Part shown: positions 53,909 to 64,000 of the stretch, piece by piece
Numbering within the stretch: position 1 is the stretch's first letter
Layout: each line of letters opens with the position of its first letter
Assembly: GCA_048013815.1 (NCBI GenBank)
Contig: CM106586.1
Coordinates: 434,001 to 498,000 of the forward strand
From: Setoptus koraiensis
Taxonomy: Eukaryota > Animalia > Arthropoda
Direction of reading: 5' to 3'
DNA length: 64,000 nt
Made by a program: the position numbers and the translations under genes
The notes under the pieces: generated by a model
The model's input: the letters and a program-made list of their open reading frames with translations, nothing else
Told to the model about the DNA's origin: nothing
Database searches by the model: none

Positions 53909-56900
53909 AAACTGTTGATGGACTATCATCTGACGACTTTTTCTGTCACGAAGTATTTGCAAGCCTACAAAACAGTCTGGACTCATTACTGTCATTTCAA
54001 ATCGAGACTGTAAGTGATCCACCACTCTTTGCAACAACACTTTGTCACAACTGCAGGCCAGGCCATCATCCACATAAATGGCGATAATCAAGATGGCATT
54101 GCCACCCTTGTCTCTTCTTACAAGTATGCAGTTGTCTTTGTTAATTGGCTTCAAATTAAATTGCTCAAGGAACGATACAAAACAAATGTTCCATTGCCTA
54201 GATGCTTGTTTTAGGCCGTAGATAGCTTTCTTCAACTTGCATGCATAATCACCATCTTTTTCGAAACCACGCGGCTGCACCATGTTAATCTCTTCATCAA
54301 GAGTACCATACAAAAACGCCGTCTTAATGTCGAAGTGTAACATATCCATGTTTTCGTTTGTCACAATCGATAATAGGATGCGGATTGAATCCAGTCTAGC
54401 CACTGGCGAGAATGTTTCTTTGAAATCCAACCCCTCGACTTGGCTAAAACCTCGAGCTACTAATCTTGCTTTGTAGCGCTCCACTGAGCCGTTCGTATTC
54501 ATTTTCACTTTGAATAACCATTTGCAAGTCACCAGCTTGCGACCCTTTGGCAATGGGACTAGTTCCCACGTCTCGTTTTTAGCGCTTAATTTTAATTAAG
54601 GGCTTATGATGTAGTGTTGTTGGATCCTATAAATCACGCATGAATATCCACGCACGGTATGATGGTGGATACTTAATTCTTGCATTTCATAGGATATTCA
54701 CCAATTGTGCTATGGTGATTCACGCGCTGTGTGCTTGTGAATACTCCGACTTTGTATGCCAGTGAATATCCACGTACCGATTTATTTGTGGATATTCACA
54801 GTTTTCGATCTTGAGAGTCACGCGCTGTGTGCTTGCATACATTAGCACTAGCATAATCAGTGCTTAGTGAGTGTGTAGGCAGGAATGTGCTTGGGAGGTG
54901 GGAGGTACACTCAAGCTTGAGATTCAAAAGTTCGTCCACCTCCCAAATACACATTTACTAGGGAGGTGGATTGAATCTTGAGTCTCGGGCTCATGTCTAG
55001 TTAGGAGGTGGACCGAAGCTATAACGAGATAGGTTTAGCTACTCAAAATAGCGTGGGGCGACTCATGCTTGGGAGGTGGACTAGCTTGAGCTTAAACAAT
55101 AAGTTCACCTCCTGAGCATGCAACAACCTACATACAAGTTTGAGACTCGAAGGTTCGTCCACCTCCCAAACACACATTTCAGGGAGGTGAATTGAATTTT
55201 AAGTCCAGAGCTCATGCAGAGGTTGATGTATTGTGAGGAGGTGGATCGATGCTATACACGATCTGTGCAAGTCTTATCAATTTTCTGTTTCTAGTATTGG
55301 CGCTATAGGCCATATTGTGGCACATGTAGTGATCGTGGGTGGGTCAAAATTTTGACCCAGCTGGGTCGCCCATTAGGCAACCCAGCGGCTCAACACACGG
55401 GGTTTTAGCGACCCACGGGGTCGACCCACCAACCCCGATACGGGGTTGACCCAGCCGGGTTGACCCCGGGGTTGCAGGGTTGTCGGCGCCGACCCGGGTC
55501 GCCCCGCGTACATGGTGCACAGTAGAGGTTGGATCAAAATATACCCTCTCTATATTCTATTTTATTGCAATAAAGGAATGACACGTTGGAATCTTAGTCG
55601 CCGATCAGGTCTTCGACAGCCTGATCAATATCGAATTCATGGCGAGAATCGGAACTAGTTGATAGCTCCTGATTGACATCATCAAGTTTGAAGTATGTAA
55701 AGAATTTTTCTGACAGACTCTCCGGAATCTCATACATTATGTGCGATTTTCGAAACTGTTCTCACCAGGATAAATTCTTGAAACTTTCTAGAGACAGCAA
55801 GCACTGTGCCATACACGATCTGTGCAAGTCTTATCAATTTTCTGTTTCTAGTATTGGCGCTATAGGCAATTCTGGATCATGTTAGCTCATTCAATACATG
55901 TGATTTCTGATCACATGTGCCCATACATTATGTGCAATTTTCGAAACTGTTCTGTTTCTAGTATTGGCGATATAGGCCATTTTGTGGCACATGTTCTTCC
56001 ACAGTATGTTCAATTTTCGAAACTGTTCTCACCAGGATAAATTCTTGAAAAACTTTCTAGTGACAGCTAGCACTTATAACTTCTTAATAAACTGTCCAAA
56101 CCTCTAAGATTGTTCACTGGAAGAATTAAGCGCTCTTATACTGGTATAATCAGTATAACTTGTTAATGAGAGAATCATATTCTGACTGTAATGCTTTTCG
56201 CCAATTTGAAGCGTCGTCACACGAGATAGACTCCTCATAAGTAGTTGGCTCGTCACCATACACCAACATGGCTTCGGCCATATAACTATTCTTCGAAGCC
56301 AATCGTGCTGAGCGTCTCAGATTCGTGTCATTTTGACCAGTGCCATTATCAACCGAGTCTGGGACCACACTATCGATCTCTGCATCAATTTCAACGTCAT
56401 CTCGAGCACTCTCGAACGACTCGTCTCCATCTGTTATGCTTGCATCTTGTTGTGCAACTTCATGCGTAACTTCACGTGTTGAAACATCTTGAATGCTGTC
56501 AATATATGTATCCAAGGATACATATGTTTGCGTCTCCTTTTCTGACCAATCTAGTGTTTTCGACTCGTCAAAAACGACCTCTCTGGTGATCACAAATTTC
56601 TTGTCTTGTGGGTTATAACATTTATATGTGAAATCCTTTTCGTAACCCACTAGAATTGTCTGCATAGCTCTTGGATCAAGTTTTCTTTGATACCCACTCC
56701 TCTTCTTTTCTTGCATTTTTACTAATGCAAGCGAACCAAAAATTTTAATATGATTCACTCTCGGAACACTTCCGAAGTACAGTTCAAATGAGGTCTTTGG
56801 TTTCGTGTTTTTGTTGACCACTCGGTTTAGTACATAGACTGCAACATTTGCAGCTTCGCCCCAGAGGCACTCGGGCAGGTTTTCATGAATCAGCATCCAT

Positions 56901-57655
56901 CACTGTGCGATTATCTCTCTCAATGAAACCATTCTGCTCCGGTGTGAAGGGAGCAGATGTTTCATGATGGATGCTTTTAACGGTGAGCAACTCCTTTGCT
57001 CTCCCACTCGTCAATTCGCTGACCCTATCACTTACTAGGGTTTTTACTTTGAAGCATCTTGATTCTATCTCACTGATAGTTTGACGTAACGCTTCATACA
57101 TTGCATCTTTGGTCTTGACCATGTGGATGAAGCGATAATTACTGAATTCATCTTTCAGCAAAACGAAATGGTGACTCCCTGCAAATGTCGCCGTGCTAAT
57201 GGGTCCACACATGTCTATGTGTAGGCGCTCGCCTACTACAGTAGCTCTCGGTTGCATTCTTCTTGGGAATGCTTTCCTTGACTGTTTACCCAAATTGCAA
57301 GAAACACACTTAATTAAGTCAATGGATGTGTCTTCTTCCTTCACAGTGGACAGATCTGGAAGTCCCACGACAGACTTCATTTTAGACATCTCCATTATAT
57401 TGGTCATGTTGTTGTGAACAAGTCGTTCATGCCAAAGCTTGAGTTCCTTCTTCTTTGGGTCAGTTGCTTCTGCAGCACATGCCTCCATGGTGTATTCCGA
57501 CTCGTTCTCTTTCAACCATATATGAAGCAATCCTCCCTTACGAAAAGCATGGAACAGCATTTTACCACTTGCTGGGTTAACCATTGTGACCTAATCAGAC
57601 ATGATCTCGCCAGCCATACCACGTTTCATTATTGCACTCTGCGAAATCAAATTTC
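53909..57655 (-). mobile_element. pol: Ty1/Copia element 3 (PR end, IN, RT), interrupted by HINE-A
   Basis: HERLVH, SDRVSEL, EQNGFIER, LWGEAAN, KARLVARGF, YVDD; SEYDSLI|KNETWELVP rejoins after HINE removal. Confidence 0.9.
54578..56163 (+). mobile_element. Complete HINE-A with an internal foreign insertion of about 400 bp (55327-55725)
   Basis: Both ends intact; inverted near-copy of 929-2390. Confidence 0.85.
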
Positions 57656-58653
57656 GGTTGTTCCATCGAACAGCGACCACGCCCAATTTAGGTATTTTGG
57701 GTATTTTTGGGTAGGGTATTGTACCCTGATACCCGAACAGGTATTCCGGAAGTGCGGAAATTCTTCGTTACCGAGATACCCGAGGTACCGCATACTAGGT
57801 ATATTAGGGTATTTGAGTGCATATTGACGGTATAATCGGCCGTACCTTCCCGCACGGACATCGGGTAGGGTACTAACGTTTTCATACCAAGGGTAGATTG
57901 TACCTAGAAGCTCCAGGTAGGAAATAAGAGCGGTCAAACTCAAGAGGCGTGACCAATGCACACGGCACGAATTGAAACCGTGCACAATCACTAAAGGGAT
58001 ATACCCCCAAACTTTTGGGATTCCACCACCGGGAAAGAGTAACACCCCAGGCGAAGCCTGACGTCATAGCCTCGGCCAGGACTCCTACTAATAAAGGTTC
58101 AGGGCCAGAGTTCAAGGCTGTACAATAGCCCTTCCGTCTGCCATTCATCTTGGGCCCTGGCCGGAGGAGGGGTTCGGCCTCCAGTCGTCCACGCCTACGG
58201 CCTGCGGCCTCCGGCGGGACGACTGACGGCCACCTAACTGAAAAAGATGCTTCCAGAGGACTGGGAGTCGAATGGGCGGGGCCCGTGATCGGGCCGGCTT
58301 TCTATCATATAGGGTGTGGACTTGCTTTAGAGACCGTAACTAGTTGGTAGTACAGCCGAATCAGTTTTAGAACCGGAAGTGTGACTCGCGCCTATTGTAG
58401 AATATCTCGCGAACGAGTTGATGTAAAAGATTTATCTTTACGCTATCACATAGACAGCATCTGGATCTAGACAATCATACAAGAATTTGAGGTTTGAGGC
58501 CCCTCTGAGGCCCGAAAAATGCATTTTTCTATATCTCCGTAAGTAGAAATTTCCGCACTTCCGGACCACTTTATTTGTTCTTTGGGGCCCCTTTTGGGCT
58601 CCCGTGTTGAGTTTGAAGGAAATCGGGCTTGGTCGCTGTTCGATGGAACACCC
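57656..58653. mobile_element. Merlin-derived MITE, no TSD
   Basis: TIR GG(T/G)TGTTCCATCGAACAGCGACCA. Confidence 0.82.
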
Positions 58654-59149
58654 GAAGTTCGCTTCAGTGAGGAATTATTTCTTGAAATGTTTGGATTTTG
58701 AAGTAGAAGACATAACAGTGTCACGATTATATCAGTCTGATGCTGGACAGACTTGCTCGTCAGAATCCACACAACAGGTGTGTTATATCATATTCCAAAT
58801 GACGCCTTGGTATCTTTTCTCTTATTATTCAGGTGACGAGATATTTAATCAAATTAACAAGGTGGATCCATTCGCGTGGGGACGCAAGAGAGTTCATGAA
58901 GATCATACTGTTCGCCACGAGGTCGGTTCCTCGCAACTAGTTAGTTCCCAGGCAACTGTAATATATTCTTAAATTTATTTATCCGGCTCATTTGGTCAAG
59001 GACATCAACGACCGTCTGTACGACAGTAAGATCAAGGCTAATGAAGAAGCTGGCATCAAGACGCTATCAAGACCAGATATACTACGTCGGTCGTTAACGG
59101 AGAAGTTTGTCTGTATTGCCACGATAGGATCAACATGTGTAATGTTTAG

Positions 59150-60423
59150 ATCCTTTAACATGGTAATCGAAAGACTCAAATCTCCATAGGGTTAACATGT
59201 GTAATGTTTAGATACTTTAACACAGGAATTGAGAGACTCAAATCTCCATAAGGTTAACATGTGTAATGTTTAGATACCTTAACACAGGAATCGATAGACT
59301 CAAATCTCCATAGGATTAACATGTGTAATGTTTAGATCCTTTAACACGGGAATCGATAGACTCAAATCTCCATAAGGTTAACATGTGTACTGTTTAGATA
59401 CTTTAACACGGGATTTGAGAAACTCAAATCTCCATAGGGTTAACATGTGTAATGTTTAGATACTTTAACACGGGATTTGAGAAACTCAAATCTCCATAGG
59501 GTTATAAGAGCCGAGTATCTACACACGAGACTTGAAATCAATAATCTGTAAACAAGTAAAAGAGCCAGGTATCTACTTCTTCTAAACGATTTTGTACTGT
59601 GTGCTAGGGAGGTGGAGCGACTTAAGTCTAAATCAAGCTGTAGCTTAGTGTGTGCTGAGGAGGTGGAGCGACTTAAGTCTCATTCAGGCTGTAGCTTTCT
59701 GTGTGCCAGAAAGCGTAGCGACTTAAGTCTAAATCAAGCTGTAGCTTACTGTTCGCTGAGGAGGTGGAGTGGCTTAAGTCTCAATTAATGTGTAGCTTAC
59801 TGTGTGCTGAGGGGGTCGAGTGGCTTAAGCTCAATCAAGTTGTAGCTTATTGTGTGCTGGGGGAGGTTGAGCGACTTAAGTCTTAATCAAGCTGTAGCTT
59901 ACTGTGTACTGAGGAGGTGGAGCGACTTAAGTCTCGACTAGTGTGTAGCTTTCTGTGTGCTAGAAAGCGTAGCGACTAAAGTCTAAATCAAGCTGTAGCT
60001 TACTGTTCGCTGAGGAGGTCGAGTGGCTTAAGTCTCAATCAAGCTGAAGCTTACTGTGTGCTGGGGAGGTGGAGCGACTTAAGTCTCAATCGAGCTGAAG
60101 CTTACTGTGTGCTAAGGGGATGGAGCGACTTAAGTCTCATTGAGGCTGTAGCTCACTGTGTGCTAAGGAGGTGGAGCGACTTAAGTCTCAATCAAGCTGT
60201 AGCTTACTGTGTGCTAAGGAGGTGGAGCGACTTAAGTCTCAATCAAGCTGAAGCTTACTGCGTGCTGAGGAGGTGGAGCAACTTAAGTCTCATTCAGGCT
60301 GTAGCTTTCTGTGTGCTAATGAGGGGGCGTGACTCAAAATTGTAGGCTTGTGTGTGGATTGCCTCCTCCATTTAGGATCCAACATCACTACATCATTAGC
60401 GCTTAATTAAAATTAAGCGCTAA
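59150..60423 (-). mobile_element. HINE-D with two minisatellites (about 58 bp, 59150-59505; about 59 bp, 59600-60330)
   Basis: 5' end CTTAATTAAAATTAAGCGCTAAAA at 60403-60425; tandem units visible. Confidence 0.7.
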
Positions 60424-60544
60424 AAACTGTGGCGCTATTATGCACTATACCCCAATCTTCTAAGCAGCGTTTCATAATTGTCCATTCGCTGATTGAGCTT
60501 GTCGATCTCTTCGAGAGTGAGCCGCTGGTTTCTAATGATTTCCC

Positions 60545-61399
60545 GGTTGTTCTAGCGAATAGTGCCACACCCAGATTCTGATGAAACTTCCGGTATAGGT
60601 TCATCTTGACCTCAATAGAACGAAAAAAGTGGTCCGGAAGTGTGGAAACTTCCGGTTCCGGTTTTACCTTAAGTTAGAGCTAGAGATCTAAAACACACCA
60701 TAGTAGCGTTCCAAAAAACGCTAAAAACGATGGCAAATTTTCAGCTCGGTGTGACTTCCGGTTCTCGAAATATTGGCATATTTATTGGTTCGGAAGACCG
60801 AACCAATGACGAATTTCAGCTTCGCTGCACTCGGGGATGAACCTGCGACGGGTCTGAGAACTCGGCCTGCGGCCTCGTAATTTGGAGGCCGTCACATCTC
60901 CGTCGTCGCTCCCGCGACGACTGCGTGCGACGGGAACCCTTCGGGTAGGGTTGATGAGCGCTTCGGGTATCGGGCTTCGCCCTCTACCCTCCGCTCACGT
61001 GACTGCAAACCATGGAAAATTCTTGGTTGAAGAAATTCGACGATAGAAACTGAATTCATCACAATGATGCGTATCATCAAGAATCGGAGAGATATCGGGA
61101 TGAATTGGCGCACGTATACACTCGTGCGCGCGGATGCTTCGTTCCGAGCGGACTACCCGCGCGGCTTTTCATGAATATCTCTAGAACCAGAAGCCACACA
61201 CAAATGAAATCCGTTGTACTCAGCACATCTGCATCCTGCTGTTTATCAAGTTTCATGGCTCTAGCTTGAAGTTTGTGTAAAACCGGAACCGCAAGTTTCC
61301 GCACTTCCGGATTAGCAAATCCGTGGTTTAGGGGCCCTTTGGGGCCCATGTGTGAAGTTTGGTTGAAATCTGAGTGTGGCACTATTCGCTAGAACACCC
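60545..61399. mobile_element. Merlin-derived MITE
   Basis: TIR GG(T/G)TGTTCTAGCGAATAGTGCCACAC; TSD GATTTCCC/AATTTCCC. Confidence 0.88.
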
Positions 61400-64000
61400 A
61401 ATTTCCCTTTTGTAGTCTCTCAAATAATCGCTCCGTTGTTCTAATTTTTTGTCGATTCCTTGATTGAGATCTTCTCATTGTTTTTGGCAGGTGGTGACAT
61501 CCTGTCGTATATAACGAAGGCGATCTGCTGTCGCTTTTGTACAGTTGTGTTTGATCTCCTGTATTGTAAACTGGCATATTGGGTATTTTTGGGCTCATCC
61601 GCACATCGTGGTCTGAAAGACCTGGCCCTGAAGTTAGTGTTGCCAACTTCACATTGCGAAGTGAACGTTCGATCATCCGGGTACCACATTCGGAGCGAGA
61701 AATGTCACTCGGAGCAAGCGTTTGTCGTCGTATCTGTCGTTGAAGTCATTGTTTTGGAAAGTCAGTATCCTGAGTTTCGCTGAATTGTTCCTCTGTCGTT
61801 GATCTGTTTTCGTTGAACGTTGTCGTCGCTGAAAGTATTCTGTCGTTGAAATGATACCAAACCGTCTATCTTGGTGCACTCAACTTGGCTCGCTCTGGTG
61901 CACTTGCAATCTTGGCCCACTCGTCAGTGGTCACGAGTGAGTGTTTTTTTGCTAACAAGGTGACAATCAGAATGATCCAACTATATCCAAGATGCGAGGG
62001 CCAGTGATGAAACAAAGAATTACGAACACTTTTTGTTTGAGAAACATTCCAAATTACATCTATACATCTTTGTTGTGCACCGTTTACAGACGGCCGGAGT
62101 GAGAGAGTGGACCCATGTGGAATCAAATCAGAAAAATCGATAGTAAGCAACAAAAAACTCAGTACTCTCTATTGTCGATATTGTCCAAATGACCATTGTA
62201 GACTAGTTAGAGGACCTGAAAATGTCCATCTTCTCTCATAGAGGGTAATGAAGGTATCTGTAGCATTAAATTATGCATTTATGCAATTGTTAAATACCCG
62301 TTGCACGAAACGTCTTCCCCTTGAAATGTACGCCGAGGAAATGTATAGTCTGCTACACTTGATCTATAGGTAAATACATATTTTTTTTTGAATAGTTCAT
62401 ATGCAGACGTCCCGTATCTCACACAACCAATCCGGTGCATATTCCACTATCAAATGGTGGTCCTTAATGAAAATAAAGTAAACTGCATCCGCGCTTTATG
62501 CATGTTTGCCAGCATTCGCCTGTTCAGTCATCTATTTATCTCGGTGACTCCAAGTAACGTAGTGAGAGCCAAATGTGGGCCAAATGTCGCTAGGTGCTCA
62601 CTTGCGCGCACAAAAATTGCGACTAGCGCAGGCGCAAACAGCGTTGCCGAAGAAACGATTTGGCACTGTCCAAAAAGAGGATCCAAAAACAGTTGGAATC
62701 GGAGAGGATTTGTCATTACCAGTTTGAGATAGACGGTGATGCACACGTACACGCAGACAATATGTTGACAAGTTTGTTTTTCAAATGCAACAGCAACAAC
62801 AAGCAAAACCAATCAGGGCCGCACGCCAACAAAGTTTGATCCGCTTCTAACAGTTTGCAGTTTATCAGTTAACTGGCCTCTTTTAATTGTCAGCAGCAGC
62901 AACAACAGCACCGACAACAACAACAACTACTTGAACAACAAGAATGATAGATATAAGTGAATTAAACATGAACACGTCAGTGAGAATATCAATATGCTTA
63001 TCGGTGTTATTCTAAAAGAACAAAAGTTGGCTGTTAGACGAGTGAACCATTATCAAAAATTTGAATATTTGGACCAACAAAAACTGCAATCCGGTCACAA
63101 CTGTTGTTGTGTAACTAGAGGCATATTGTCAAACACTTGAAAAATAGACGAGGAGCCCCAGCAAGCTCAGCGAGCAAATTTGGCAAGTTCGTTTTATGTA
63201 CTATGAAATAGAAAAAAGTTGCCCAATGTGTGCGTCCCCTCGACTAGGTTAACTTGCCAATGCACACCGGCAATTGATTAAAGTGGTGGTAGCTTGGCTA
63301 GCTAGTTTTAAGCAGTAAATTGGCAACTGCAGTCAATAGCAACAACAACAACAACGGCAACAACGGCAAACAACGATCAATCGGGCAACACAGCGAATGA
63401 ATTATGCTTCAAGGCTTGCATACTAAACTAACTCCCGGGAGCGATCAACTAACGCACATGGATATCTCTTTTTTGAGGTGAGTAAAGCCTGATACCGAGG
63501 TACCTATGCATATATTGTCTCTTCATATATTGCTGTTTGAACGTTTTATCCTCACATACTACTGACATAACCACTGATAATATCGGCAACTATCAGTAGT
63601 GGTAGTAGTAGTAGTATGCAGCAGCACGTAGCAACCGGCGGCAGCAAGTAGCCAAGCATCAGTGGCAAAAGCAGCTAAGTGAATTGGTTGCCAGACTAGC
63701 ATTGGATCATCTAGTCTAGCCAGGGGCTCTCTCACAGCCGCCCAGACAATTCCCAGAAAGTAGAGGCGTGGGTGTGTTTATTCTTTATATTAGGTACACA
63801 TTATTATGATGCAATTGCTAAGCCTTTTTAACACTAAACACCAGACTGTGTTTAGTATGTGTATGTGTATGTGTGTGTATGTGTGTACACAATCAATTTT
63901 ATCATAGTCATTTAGTGAGGCCGGTTAGCTGGTTTTTTTACCAGGCGCTAATGAGCGGTTATGATTGATTACATTACACACATACATTCTGTGTGAGTGG

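Noticed and set aside
60424-61700. Tc1-like transposase HTH fragment flanking the 60545 MITE (SISEWTIMKRCLEDWG)
   Set aside because: The resemblance is short, the frame has several stops, and no DDE region is visible.
61900-64000. Host gene exons in the unique tail
   Set aside because: Only short ORFs, (CAA)n/(TAG)n/(TG)n microsatellites and one isolated GTGAGT donor-like site; not enough for a gene model.

Overview
Eukaryotic, probably arthropod (inferred from R1-like RT, DINE/Helentron-like elements and the tRNA-Leu sequence). About 62 kb is a dense nest of transposons, followed by about 2 kb of unique or low-complexity DNA; there are three 500-N gaps. Contents: (i) at least three Ty1/Copia elements plus a fourth probable Copia, with an env-like gene fused in frame to pol in the two where that junction is visible; (ii) a nearly complete Ty3/Gypsy element with an env of the same family; (iii) many non-autonomous Helentron/HINE-like elements with internal minisatellites; (iv) a Merlin/IS1595-type DDE element and about 10 derived MITEs, with 8-bp TSDs in six of the two-ended copies and a conserved GNA-triloop hairpin cassette; (v) captured gene fragments (RING, chromodomain-like, unknown). 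The most unusual object is at 7228-15430. It is an endonuclease-truncated R1-like non-LTR retroelement whose single 2466-codon ORF runs through a complete, codon-aligned antisense 882-aa gene (an ambigrammatic arrangement). It is bracketed by hairpin repeats and joined to an LTR through a 43-nt copy of the tRNA-Leu 3' end. All family calls come from motif recognition by eye; no database searches were run.
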